64,000 nucleotides of DNA. Source: Octopus vulgaris (Eukaryota). This document shows, piece after piece, positions 27,973 through 41,700 of this stretch. The stretch covers positions 128,030,001-128,094,000 of the forward strand of contig OX597816.1 of the NCBI GenBank assembly GCA_951406725.2, read 5' to 3'. The notes under the pieces were generated by a model. The model made no database searches and was not told the DNA's origin. It saw only the letters and a list, made by a program, of their open reading frames with translations. Both the position numbers and the translations under genes were made by a program. Position 1 is the stretch's first letter; every line of letters starts with the position of its first letter.

Positions 27973-28019
<47 letters not shown>

Positions 28020-28029
28020 CATATATATA
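27902..28029. repeat. (TA)n microsatellite
   Basis: Direct reading. Confidence 0.95.
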
Positions 28030-28189
28030 GGACTATGTGGCCTTCCTCTTTAAAGACTGTGAGATAGTACGAGGGAAATTAGATTGCTATTTTGAGCAAA
28101 TTGACTATGCAGAGTCTGTCATTAGCTCAGTGTTTTTTTTTTATGCTGGCCATAAGCTTCAGCTTATTTCTTCTTCTTTTTTAATTTAT

Positions 28190-28497
28190 ATGTAAGAAGC
28201 TTGCATTCAGTCCCACTGCATCATGCTGGGCAAGTATTGTCCACTATAGACCAAAGTTTTGTAAATACATTTGGTTGACAGAAACTAAAAGAAGCCTTTT
28301 GTGTGTGTGTGTCCTTCCACTGCTTGACAATCAGTGTTGGTTTGTATGTACCCCCTTAACTTAGTAGTTTGGCAAAAAGGAACCAATAAAATAAGTACGA
28401 GGTTTTAAAATGAGTATCGGGGTCAATTTCACTAAACCCTTCTAGGTGACATCGCGGTACAGCCACAGTCCAATAACAGAAACAAGTAAAAGATAAA
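28190..28497 (+). mobile_element. tRNA-derived SINE family 2
   Basis: Head ttcagtcccactgc...gggcaagt, (tg)n, and tail as at 8566. Confidence 0.7.
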
Positions 28498-28889
28498 TGA
28501 CCTATGTCTTTAAAAAGCCTTTACTGAAATGTTCATTTGTTTAAAATTTGTTTGAGAAAAGGTGTTTGTGGATTAGAAAAGTAGGGATGCATAGGGACTA
28601 TAGTAGATAGGTGGGTCATGATTGGTTTCTACTTTTCTAATCAACAAACATAAGATAAGCAGTCATATTGGTTTCTACTTTTAAATTAAAATTAATAAAA
28701 AAAAAATATATTAAAAATGATATATTAAAGTTAAATATAAACTATTTGCTGTAAAGGTCCCTATAGATATGTGCAAGACATTTAGAGAAATAAGGTATAT
28801 ATTAGCAAATTATGATACCACATAGTTATAAATCAGAAAATTGTTCATATTTTAATAATCTCAATTTCATTTCATTTTATTTTTTATAG

Positions 28890-29046
28890 AGGCAGCTTTT
28901 AAATAAAGTTTTGGAAGATATCTGCAACATTATGGGAAACACATCATCTTCATCATCACAGACTTCATGTAGCTCGCCACCATCACTTCCTACCACCACA
29001 ATTACCTCGTGTAACTTCATGTCCATCCAGCCACAGTTTTATGATG
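28890..29046 (+). CDS. Exon F of 5-TM protein
   Basis: tttttatAG acceptor, GTTAGT donor; 157 nt, phase 0-1: RQLLNKVLEDICNIMGNTSSSSSQTSCSSPPSLPTTTITSCNFMSIQPQFYD. Confidence 0.82.
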
Positions 29047-29402
29047 GTTAGTATCTTAGAATATCAAAAATATTATTTCTTAAACATTGAATTATTTCCA
29101 CCATATTCTTTTATTATATATTTATAAACAACTCATCTTAAAAATAAGTTTTATTGTTATATACTTATTAGAAAATCTCCAGTCAAGATATTTAGTATAA
29201 ATGAACTTAAATACTGCTTTGATTAAGTATTGATAATTTGCTATCATTTACTGTTTAATTTTATGCTTTAAACTTAATTTGTATCCATTTCATATTATTT
29301 AAACTTACAATAATTCGTATTTCTTTTTTATTTATTGAGATGTTAAGTTAAACCTATTTTTATTTGAAAATGATGACTAATTAGAAAACATTTATCTTCC
29401 AG

Positions 29403-29746
29403 GAATTCTTCAAGAGGTCTCGGTCCAGCTCCTCCAAAATAACCTCACAAGTACAGAGCTAGCGAGCCGACAGATGGTGTTCCACAGTGTATATCTGCTT
29501 CTGTTCCTCGCCTGTGGCATGTTTTTGAGTCATGCAGTTGCACAAGTCATAAACTATTACGTCTTTCATGAAAGCAAGGTCCCTATTTTGAGGATCTATC
29601 AGACAACGAGCTCATCTTCCCCGTGGCCCGAGCATCACAACTGTACCGTTAAGGACATGCACCGTAGCGCCTCCTGGCTACAGAGCAGTGAAAGTGGTGT
29701 ATACCTTGGAGACAATGAAGAAAATGTGCGTGAATCCGCTATGTAA
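29403..29746 (+). CDS. Terminal coding exon G of 5-TM protein: TM5 and cytoplasmic tail
   Basis: tttatcttccAG acceptor, phase 1, in frame with ORF 29474-29746 (MVFHSVYLLLFLACGMFLSHAVA...ENVRESAM*); summed exon lengths keep the frame to TAA. Confidence 0.88.
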
Positions 29747-30721
29747 ATAGAAACAACCCCTACTCACTTCCCTCCTACCTGGATTCCTGGGATATCCTTG
29801 GCTGCTCCAGTTTCCTCCTTACAATTAGGAGGTTTCTGGATTCATTACAGTGGCATGCCAACATATCTCCAGACCATAACCTGGAGGAGTAACTCACAAA
29901 TTTGTGTTCTTAGGATTGTGTAATCTATTACAAGTGGACACAGCATTCATCCTGGACAATAGATGTTGGTCATATTCCTACAAGATCATGCTATTGTTTC
30001 TTAGTTCATATTTGTCCATCCGGTGACAATAAGAAGAAGTCATTTTAAATAAGTAATCATCACTATCAAATGAATGTTTCCAGGAAGCAATGAGAAATGA
30101 AGTAAAATGAGGAAAGAGGCTTTCCCTTTCGCCAATAGCTGTTTGGTACATGATGCCTGCACTTTTCCCAGTCATGCTCTGAAGGAAAAAAAAAAAATGA
30201 TGCTAAAAATATATTGTTATTATTCAACTCCCCAAACCCATCATGAGAAAGAGAAGGCAAACGAGTTTAAAGTTAAAGCAAACAAACAAAATGAATGGAG
30301 TATCTAAAATGTGTATGTTTGTATTTAGGTGTATGTAAGAGAACTTAGCTTTCAGTTTGCCTTCGGTCTTTCCAGAAAAATATATGCAAGCAAATCATAT
30401 TACATTGCCTGCCACTCATCAATCCTTATTTTAATCAGTTGTTATTAATTTCATTAAAAAAAAAACGAAACAAAAACAATAAAAAATATACATAGTATAC
30501 AGATATGTATATATGTGTAATACATTACACAAATATACATGTGTCTGTGTATATATGTATGTAAATTCATACGTATATAATAGAAGTCTAGGTAGACTGA
30601 TAGATAGAAAAACTAGTACCTCCAAGTACTTAGTTATCATGACCAAGGATGGAAAGTTTTGTGGGAAATCTGCTTTCACTTTACAAAAATGTACTGAAAA
30701 GAATCTTTGCATTGAAAAATT

Positions 30722-30764
<43 letters not shown>

Positions 30765-31213
30765 CACACATATACATCTATATAAATACTTATATATACA
30801 AATATATATGTATATATATATTATATATATATACCATATATACATATATACCATACATTTGTATATCTATATGTGTGTATATACATGCAATGCATGTATG
30901 TATATATATATATATATATATATGCATTACATATATATATGCAATTATGCAGATACATACATAGACATAAATGTGTGTATATATGTATATATGAATATAT
31001 ATCTATACACACATATATACACACGTTCAAATGTGTGTATGTATATATGTATACTTGTATGTACACACATGCACACATATATACATGTATGTATATAATC
31101 TTTATATATATATGTATATATACATATATATGTATATATATATACATATATATGTATATGTATATATATATATACACACATAAGCATACATGTGCATATA
31201 TGTATATATGATT

Positions 31214-31255
<42 letters not shown>

Positions 31256-34200
31256 CACCCACACATACATGTGTGTGTGTATGTATATATATATATATCT
31301 CAAATATAAATATATGTACATACATACATATATGTCCCATTTTTGTATACTTACAGAAACGTTTCACTCTGTGAAGACTTAATTTGATAATCTGGGTGAT
31401 AAAACTGCTTAAGATCAAGTTGTCAACACTATCATTGTTCATCTTCTTAAAGCCATTGATGCTACAGGTGTAGATTCAACTGAAAGAAAGGATTCTCATA
31501 ACTAACGAAGAATTGAAAACTATTTAATTGGTAATGGATCAGTGAAGAGACGTGTGAAAAGTTACTTAACTGTGTGAATTGAGAAGGCAATACTGAAAGC
31601 TGAGGGTTGTTAACCCAATGTTGGTTTTATGAGGATATTAAATGGAGGCAGAATATCATTCATTTCACCTGTAACACAGACAATGGCCCCCAACTGGTGC
31701 TGAACTGAATGACGTCTAAAGGAAAAGTACATCGTCATCTGTGTCCCTGTTTGTATAAATGTTAATTGTTATGTTAATCTGACATTTACATCTCCTTGGC
31801 TCATCACCTAAAACTAAACAAGTGGATATTCTGGGTAGCCATTTTGTGTGTATGAATTCCTAAATGATCAACGGTCTTTTGACTGTTACTAAGTTGCAAC
31901 TAGTGTAATATTTTTTACTTGATGGAATGGTGTAGAGTGAAAGTGTTTCTGTAATTATGGAATACTTTTTTTTCCATGTAATCACTCTTTGCTATATATA
32001 TAAAAAGAAAAAAAACACAGTTGAAACTGTGATCAAAATGTATATACCAAATCAGACACAGCAAAAAGGATACAGTTGTGTTAGAATCTAAAATTGTGTC
32101 TTTATATCCATTATTTGTTATTAAATATTTGAAAATCAGGCACTATTATAGTGAAATTGAAGTTCAATTTTTTTGCTGGAGTTTCATTACTAATCATCCA
32201 TAATAAAAGCATATGGATTACATTGAAACCATGCCACAAGGTGTTATGAAAGTTTTGTATCAAACTAGAATTATACAAATGGATCCCAGCATCCAGCTGA
32301 TCGCAAGCCCACAAGAGCCACTCATTAGCACACAATGCCAAACTGATTTCCAACACATGAATAGAAGCCTGACATACTCTATATTCCATGTTTCAAAAAT
32401 GGTGGTCAACACTGCTGGCTATGTAGCTAACATAAGGCTCACAGAATTATAGGCCTTGTCTGCAGTTGAGTGGAGGGCTAAATGGCGATTTTATACTGTC
32501 AAACAGTTTAATAAGAACCTTTTTCTATATACATAAGATAAGCAGTCACTCAACCTTGTTTTTCTCAGTTAAGCATATAATGTCGTTCTTAAATTAAAAA
32601 TGTATTCAGTCTATATTTCATATTCAGCCAAACTTGATATTTAACCAATGTAATATTTTAAATGATTGTTATGTTGATTTTTTGGCTTTGATTTGTAACT
32701 AAATATACTCAATAATTATTAGTAACTGTATTCTAATACCTGGAGAAGAGGGTTAGATAGTAGCTAAAAGTAACATTTTCACACTTCAAGTCTTGTGTTT
32801 TATGGGAAATATTCAAAACTCTGATAAAAAGAAAACAATTTACCAACTCAGCCAATGGTTCACTCTATATAGACTTCAAAGGCAATATATTTTCAGAGTT
32901 TTCTTAATAATTAAGGATCCCAGCATTACCAATGAACGATTTCTATGTACACTTGAACAAGGAACCTTCATGCCATATATATATGTGCGTGTGTACATGT
33001 GTATGTATATATATATAAACACATACCTATATATATGTATATACACACATACACACACATATGCATACATAAATATATTCATTCACACTATATATGTACG
33101 TGTACATGTTTATATATTTTTATGCACATGTATACATGCATATGTATGTTTGCTATGTGTACATGTGATCATATTATATATACATGTAATGTGAGTAGCT
33201 GTCCTAATGAATATAATATATGTTTGATATAAATGAGAGGAATTATGTAAGACAAACATATATATAAGTGGCAACTGCCTTTTCTCTAGAACCAGCTGGT
33301 TTGGTGAAGTAGAGAGAGAGAGAGTGCGAGAGAGAGAGAGAGAGAAAGATACAGTGAGAGAGAGAGAGAGTCAGATGCAGGGAAGTTAATACTTCCATAT
33401 CTCCCTGCCAAAGTAACATACCATAAATCTGTGTAACCAGTGGTCTTATACAGACTATGGTTGTCAACAACATTCAGATTTTACAGTCAGGTAAGGACTT
33501 AAGTTCATTGCTAAAAGCTAATTTTGCTTTGCAAACTTCTGTTTTAAACCTTGCCACTACTGCCAAACTAGGGCAGGACCACACTCTGAAAATGTTAACT
33601 TTTTATTTCATGCAAAACAAAAATGCACATTTTATTGAATTATTTATTATTTCTGCTTATAATTTTCCTGGGAATAATTTTTTTTTTTTAATTCGTTTTT
33701 AGTTCATGTATGGATATTTATATTTGTGTGAGTCTGAGCCTTATGTGAAAATTTTTAAGTCTCATGCCCAAGTGTGCACATACAAATATAAAGAAAGGAA
33801 AAATAGGCTATGTTACTTTTCTGAAGTGTTCACATCTCATTATTCAATGATGTATGTGTATCAGTTCATTCCCTCCCTGGCTGCAAGCAATAACTAATGC
33901 ACCACAAAAGGGCTTTGTATGGGAAAGACTATTGAAATTGAAAAGTCTGGGTGAACAAGTCACATGACTCAGAGATTGGTGAGACTATCGTTAGAGCTAT
34001 AAAGATACAGAAAAAAAACAAAACAAACATTTGAACACCATTTCTTACCTCCATCTTTTCCCCAAACAAATATCAAAAGGTATCATGAATTCGCTCAAAG
34101 CAATTAAATTACTCTTGTGGAAGTTACTTTTTGGAAAAAAGATATTAAATAGTTGTTTGTCAAAATATTTTCTCTACTTGACACTAAAATTCTATTCCCA

Positions 34201-37200
34201 TGAAGCAAAAACAGCACTTACATTTCTTCAAAAGGTAAAGGTTCTCTGTTTTCGTTATAAAGTCCTATTGATAATTTCTAGTCTTCTTCAACAAATTTTG
34301 CTATCACTGCTTTCTATATTGATTTTCTTTGATCCAATGCCTCAGCTGTGGTGATACCTATGCATTTGGTTGGATCTAATATACAAGGTACTGTACTAGT
34401 TTTGTTATCATTGTAAGCTAGTATGGAAACATAAACACCAGAATGAGGTATCCTGCAGCTGGTCAGCTATAATGACACTAACTGATTTCTACACTGATTG
34501 ACCATTATTGAAAAGTGGTCATCAGTCACCATGTGCTAGATATGCTCTTAACTGTGATAGTGGACACTTGGCTTATAACATTTTTAGTTAACTGTAAAAA
34601 AAAAACCCTATGGGCTATGAATTCTTTTTAATTAACCATTTTAGGTTATAATGTTAGAGATAAACTTATTGTTTTATTATAATGATTATTATTATTATTA
34701 TCATTATTATTATTATTGTTACTATTATTAGTATTAGTATTGATGTTGTTGTTTTATTATTATTGTTGATTTTTTTAATTATGATAGATAGTGTCTGTGT
34801 ATATATATATTGCCATAGTAAACAGGCACAATAATTATCTGCTTCAAAATTAAGAAAAATTAGCGATGTTATTGATATTGTATAACTTGTAACTTGACAT
34901 ACATTTTACATGACTGTAAAGTAAAAATATTTAGAGAAAGAAAAAAAAAAATGGAAGGACATTTTTAAAGCCCTTACCTTATTCTCTAAACATTTATTTA
35001 CTGAATACCATGAATGTGTCAAGTAACAACTTATAACAAGCAAACAGTAGATTCTAGAATTTTACACTTTAAATTAAAGAATTTATTTTTCATACTTAAT
35101 TTTTGTATTCTATTTGGAATAATTTGCTTTGCTCAATGTTATGTAAGAGTTTTGTAAGTTTTGCTACTCAGTTTGTGGGGGACAAAAATATAAAAACAAA
35201 AGAAACAAAGCTGTATTGTGACTTGAAAGTAAACTGATGAAGAAAATGTACAATGTGGCATATTCTAAACTTGTGAACACTTAAAAGAGAGCTGTAATGG
35301 CCGTTATAGGTGTTCAGGTGACTGATAAAATGTCAAGTAAACAACATCTGGTCATAAAATCAATTTCAGATATTATTTTTTAAAACTTCAGTTTGCATTT
35401 CAAATTTTTAAGGATTTTATGTAGATATGTATATGCATAACAATCATTATGGTCTGGAATGCTGTATGCACAAAGCTGATTGACAGCAAAGTGACAAAAT
35501 TACCTTGTCTTCCTTCTTCCTTGGTTAGTACTGTTTAACAAGTATCTTACATGTGTTTGTCATTTATAGATGTTGAGAGTCCTCTTGTATCAGAATCTCA
35601 TGAAGTTTATTGATATTGAATTCATTATTATTCAAAACATACAAAAAAAAATGTTGTTAAGTCTTTTGCTGTCACATAATTAGTTTTAAGAATAGAACTG
35701 AAAAGTAAACCAACCACCCAACCAATTGATCAGCAGCACAAGGGAGACTTGGATCATCATTCATGACAATCCAAAACTCTGGCCACTATGCAACCTGGCA
35801 TTTCTGATAAACAACATAATAAATGTGGGGGAATTAGTCTTAAATATGAAATCTCATAAATGAATCCTGGGTTTCTCTGACTATGATACAAAATTGTAGG
35901 AATTGTAGCCCAGCCCCACAGATCAAAATGAGAATAAACCTGGGCATAGTACAGAGTTTGAATAAGAGTATACATTCGTTTTGTATTTGTCTCTTTCTAT
36001 ATACCGTTAACATTAATATACTAGCTGCCAATTTAAAAGTATATTTTCTGGCTACACCTAGAAAATTGACTGCAACTATCTTATGCTGCTAGAAGAGGGA
36101 GAAGCCTTCTAAATATTTGATTCATGTTATCAAATACGGTTCATCTACACCACAGCATCAGGTTAGTGTTTCTATCACATCTTTCATCAAACATTTCCTC
36201 CTTCTTTGGGTCATGCAAGGAGCTGAGAATACATTTGATCTGCGGATGGTAAAATGTACTCTGTTGTGCAGCTTTAGATTAATCTCAACTCTATAATTTG
36301 TTGTTATTAGTAAATGATTTTCAGTCCAGTGTTATTAGTTCTGAAACTATCAAGAACCAGTATGCTCCATTGAATTTAAGGTGCATTGTATTATGTTCAG
36401 GAGATTCTTTGTTATTTATCTTTTACTTAACATGCATATTTAAACCTTAACGAACATACAAATTTCACAAGACTAAATTTGTGTGTGTATGTATCATATA
36501 ACTAGATGTATAGATGTGTGTTGTGTATGTTTTTGTGTACAAGTGTGAGTGTATGTAACACTTAAAAATATTTCTGCTTTAACGTTTCTTCCAAGTATCT
36601 TAGATTTATCTGTCTTCAAAGATGGTTGTTTAGAAAAATATGAAATTATAGAAATGTTGATTTTGTAGTAACTGCACCATGTTAAATCCTGGACAGTTCT
36701 ACAAACATTTTGTCAAATTTGTAAATAGATCAGAAGACAATGGCCACTTTTGAGAAGCAAACAGCTGTGATAAAATTTGTCCAAAAGGCAGGCACATCTA
36801 CTGTGAATACGATTCAGACATTTATGGCAGTTGTTATAGGAGTCTATAGTGATTGCCTGGCTGGCTTGACAGATTTCTTATTTGTTCCGGCAGGGAAAAT
36901 AGTTGCAAATTACCCCCTGTTCTCCTGCACACAGGCCAAACATAGACCCATACAACTGCCATGCCATCTGTTCAGAATCACAGGAAATAACAGAACACAT
37001 TTCATGACCAACAACAAATATAGCTTGAATGAAAATTCCACAGGACTTGTATGACGCAATATGATGTGTTGTGTCTTTGGCCAGTTTGTGGAATATTGAC
37101 AAATAATGTGTAATGCTTTTTAGCATTTTGTATGTGGATCATTTCATTTGTTTTTCTACAACCATTGTAGAAAGGTGTATAAATTCTGGATATGTTTGGA

Positions 37201-37260
37201 AAAACAAGTAAATTTATACTAATAAAAATATTGAACAATAAAGCTTTAAACTGAAACCAG
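29747..37260 (+). other. Probable long 3' UTR of the 5-TM gene
   Basis: No recognisable SINE/LINE for ~7.5 kb (only microsatellites), unlike the flanks; two AATAAA at ~37221 and ~37237; end point inferred. Confidence 0.45.
30724..31335. repeat. (TA)n/(TG)n compound microsatellite
   Basis: Direct reading; source of many spurious YI-rich ORFs. Confidence 0.9.
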
Positions 37261-37461
37261 TTGTAAATAAGCCTTCTAAAGACTTCTAAAAACCCATTAC
37301 ACATCATCAGTTCTGTTGCTTTGCTGCAGCTAGGGGAACTAGAAGTTGAGATGGTGTAACAATACTTCAGTTTTATTTAGATCTATCAAAACATTCAAAA
37401 CTGTGTGTATGCCAGAATCTGTGCAATGTCTGATCATTATTTTACTCATATACAGTTTTTA

Positions 37462-37514
37462 TCATTTCATTTGTGGCACCTCAGACTGCGTTAAGATCTT
37501 TGCACCGTGCAAAT
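37462..37514 (-). CDS. Second candidate terminal exon, - strand (xLHGAKILTQSEVPQMK* in phase 1)
   Basis: Strong - strand acceptor (tttttttctctcttttcacattttttttgttgttttatAG); AATAAA on - strand at ~37372-37377; phase unknown. Confidence 0.3.
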
Positions 37515-37613
37515 CTATAAAACAACAAAAAAAATGTGAAAAGAGAGAAAAAAATTACTAAAAAACCAGCTGGAACATACACAGCTTCTACTGAAATGTA
37601 ATTTAAATGAACA

Positions 37614-37664
37614 CTAGTAGGTAACTACATCTACTTTTTGCACTGTAGCTTCATCACCTTCTAC
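37614..37664 (-). CDS. Candidate terminal exon of a convergent - strand gene (VEGDEATVQKVDVVTY*)
   Basis: Long polypyrimidine tract plus CAG acceptor on - strand; 17 open codons in phase 0 ending at TAG; no homology evidence. Confidence 0.35.
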   Translation of the reverse strand, partial: VEGDEATVQKVDVVTY

Positions 37665-38319
37665 CTGTAAAAAAAAACCAAAAAAGAAAAGAAAAAACAA
37701 ATCTCTTCCCACACAGACAGTATGGATGTCTTGTCTCTGTAGAACAAACATATTTTACTTGCACCCCCTATTGTGTTTTTCAGTATACACTTCTCTTCTT
37801 TTTCATGATCGTTGGTTTAATTTCATTTAAGTTGAATTACAGATGAACAATGACAGTTATTAAAAGATAAACAAAAGAAATTTACTCATAGTTCTCTTCT
37901 TCTCAATTTTTTATAAAAAAATATTATTATTATTATCATTATTACTTTTATGTTTCATCTTTTTTTGTATCTTTTGTCTCTTACTGAACAGTTATAGGAT
38001 AAGTAGTCATGTGTTTAATCAACACCCATTTATATAAAACCCATTTGCATATATAAGTTTGTGTGTGTATGAATATATATATATATATATATGTGTGTGT
38101 GTATTATTTAATAACAGTTTGCTTTGGCTCCATGAAACTTTGTTTTCTAGGTTCATCATGCAAACCTACTTCATCAGGCTTAGATGACCGAATTGCTTAA
38201 GCCTGATGAGACTACAAAACTTTAAGTTGCATTGGGTGAATTAAACTGTTATTACATAATAATATATGTAACTCCTACCAAATGTGTTGAGTACCTCCTT
38301 TCATTTGTCTACTCACCCA

Positions 38320-38637
38320 TGTGTGTGTGTATATATATTATATGATTGATATACATATAAAGTGTGTATTAGTAATATATATATATATAATGCATATATA
38401 TTTGTCACATATATGTATAATATATATATGTATATATAAAATATATATCTATATTACATAACCATTATTTGACATTTACTTTCCATGCTAGATGATGATG
38501 ATGAAACTGTGTATTACATACATATATATTTATATATATATTACACACAGATATATTACATATATATATGTAATATATATATTATATATAATACATATAT
38601 AATGTATATATTTTGCATGTATATAATGAATGTATAT

Positions 38638-38668
<31 letters not shown>

Positions 38669-38790
38669 TACATATCTATGTGTGCCACATCTAATATTAT
38701 ATGCATATATTACATACATATAAATATGTATTGTTTATATATATATATACACACATTACATATGCGTTTGTCACATCTATATACATATAT
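38320..38790. repeat. Degenerate (TA)n low-complexity tract
   Basis: Direct reading. Confidence 0.85.
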
Positions 38791-41700
38791 TACAAACATA
38801 CAACAATGGCATAGAGATAACACATTAAGGGAATGCAAAAATTGTGTGCTGAGCCACTCCAATTAAAAAGAGAAAATTAGGTCGTATCTAGTACTCATTG
38901 TTTTTTCCACCAACATATATCCATGTCCACAATACATTATATATATCTATACATACACTCACACATAAATACACATGCTTATACACAAATGGGTTGTATA
39001 ATTCTAGCATAATAATGAATTTATTGTTTAATTATAAATACATACATAAATGCATACATTATATATATATATATATACATATATATATACATGTAACTTG
39101 GGTCTTGGTGACAGTGCAGCTACAGAATCATGGCAGAAGTATTCTTATATAGGTTCAGAACCTTATGTATTAGTTAAATCTTTTACTATATGAGCTTTTC
39201 ACTCTTAATCAGAAAACCCAAAAAGGTAATTTTTCCCTTGAATCCTTACAAACATATCATTTAAAATCCCAAATCAACAATTTTTATATTTTATTTTGTG
39301 GTGTAGTGGTAAATTTATGGTGAATAGAATCTGAACCCCATTTTCAATTCCCTGTTGGAGCCACTTCACTGCTATTGTTAATGCCTTTGAGAAAATCATG
39401 TCAACTTTCTATTTCCTGACTCCTGTAGATATGAGGCTCCATGCCTTTACGTGAAATGATATACTTTTATATTTCATTTAAAGAAATATTCGGATCTTCC
39501 CACTTAAATTTTAGAATGGATTTATTTTAAGGATTTCAAATGCATTCCATAATTCAGCATTCCTACCAAACTGTTTTAAAACAACAAATCATAGAAATAA
39601 ACAAATATATTCATATCCTTAAAATACTCCTTCATTCTATAAAAGGTACAATATTTGCAAATGAGTGACAAACCAAACTACATAACTCCAAGTTCAGTAT
39701 GATTCCTTGTCATTATTCAGCTAATTGCACCAGGCACTGAAGTACAATATTCAATTCTCAGCCAATAAGATGCTGGTTCCTAGTTGGAACTGATTCAATT
39801 CCTGCTCCAATTTCTTTAAAAGGCATAACTTATCACTCCCACTCCACTCTAATTCTAAAGCATCGCATCATTTTATTAAATCAATATTTTACAAAATGCT
39901 ACATGGAATGCTTGCTCTCAGTGAATGTAATTTGGTAATGTTAGATTATCTACTTGCCTTAAAATTCCTGGACATTTACACACAATTTTCACTTTATGGT
40001 TTAAGATTTAAGATTGGATAGGTCATTTACTAATCTAAATTAACTAACCATTCCACCAGAAAAGTTGTCAAATGTACAAATGATAGATAAATATATTGCA
40101 TGGTCAATAATTATATCATCATACCAGACGAAACTGACTGCAACTTTAAAATGGTTCTCTTAGTGGAAGGAATATTGAGAATTGGCTAATAATTTAATTC
40201 ACAAGCAATGTTTGGCATATTACCAATTCAGTAGCTTTGAATAAGTATATAGTATGAACAATTTATTGACTTTAATTACATGTTTCAAGTAACAGGATTC
40301 TGAATTCAAAATAGAAAGGAACAAGTGTCTTAGATCCTAAAAGAATAACAGATTGACATTTCTAGGCAAAATATTAAAAACATTAAAGTTTTAAATTCTA
40401 AAAATATTATCATGAACGTACAAGTTTTCTTTCAATTTTGTAAAGCACCATAAATTTCATATTATTCATCTCTATGTTACCAAACTCACCACTGGATAGT
40501 TTTCCATTACAGATTTGTTTTTTCATGGCTTAGTCAGAGGAGGAAAGGCAGTACTTAAGACTTTTCAGGGCCTTGAAGACTGGTGAGAGGAAGTTTTCTC
40601 AAACCAGAGACCTGGATCAAATGTTTGTATACTTTGCTAAAGGCACCTAATAGCCAGGTGGCAGAGTTAAATTGGATTACAGATTAAGTCTACCATCCAA
40701 GAACAGGAATGATCCCTCTAACAAGCTTCCATACAGTTTCTGTTTACCAAATACCATTCATAAGACTTTGGTCAACCCGAGACTATGATAGAAAACACTT
40801 GCCAAAGGTACTACACAGTGGAATTGAACCTGAAAACCACTTAGTTGTGAGGCAAACTTCATAACCAAGTAGCAATTCCTGTGAGTTTAATTTTACAAGT
40901 ATGACACCTACTTAGAAAGTGAAAGTCAATATGTCATAAATAGAATTCATTAAAGAAATTTAAAAGTGTCTTTATGAATATTCAGTAAGCATAAATCACT
41001 GAAATTAAATTTTAAAATGAAATATTTGTAGAAAACTAAAATCATGTTATGTTTCCCTAGAATTTAAAGATTAATCAATAATAAATAATCATAACTGTAG
41101 AATAAGTTATTTTCAGTTAATGTGGGTTAATGTTCAAATGAATTTCAATGTTTACATAAAAGCAGATTAGCGTGATAAGACCAACATGACACAGATGGAA
41201 AACTTGTGCCTTTTGTAATGCTTAATAACTTAGGACAGTCAGTTTGACATCTTCCTTACTACTACTACTACTACTACTGAATCAATTTGAATGCCTATTC
41301 CATCTCTACAGAATTTTGATTTCATTACAAGTTTAATAATGTAGTTCAGAGGTGAGCATTCTAGAGCAGAGGTATGCCCCCGCTGACCTGACTTCATACT
41401 CAGTTTCAATTTCTTCTGTAGACATTTCACTTATGCTGCTCATGATATTGGAAAACACATGGATATCAAAGAATTACATAAGGTCCTTGTGCCTATGGTT
41501 TTCATAAGTATTAATACAAAACATTTCAAAAACTATTTAACTGAATAAAATGAGAAAAACATACAATATACATAGAAAAGATAAGGTAACAACCCCAGAT
41601 AAGAAAACTTCCTTCAACAGCTGAAGGATCGACATTATAAGCACAAAATAGCGTGATAACTAAATATTCTGTAACAACTTTTTTCCTTTCTTGTAATGTT

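Noticed and set aside
30431-31442. Many overlapping 60-166 aa ORFs rich in Y/I/H/T/C/V (also at 24.8, 27.2, 33, 38.5, 42.5 and 56.5 kb)
   Set aside because: Translations of (TA)n/(CA)n microsatellites, which lack stops
35232-35250. Isolated CTGATGA motifs (also 46388, 52197, 53123, 62265)
   Set aside because: No stem II/GAAA/stem III context; expected by chance
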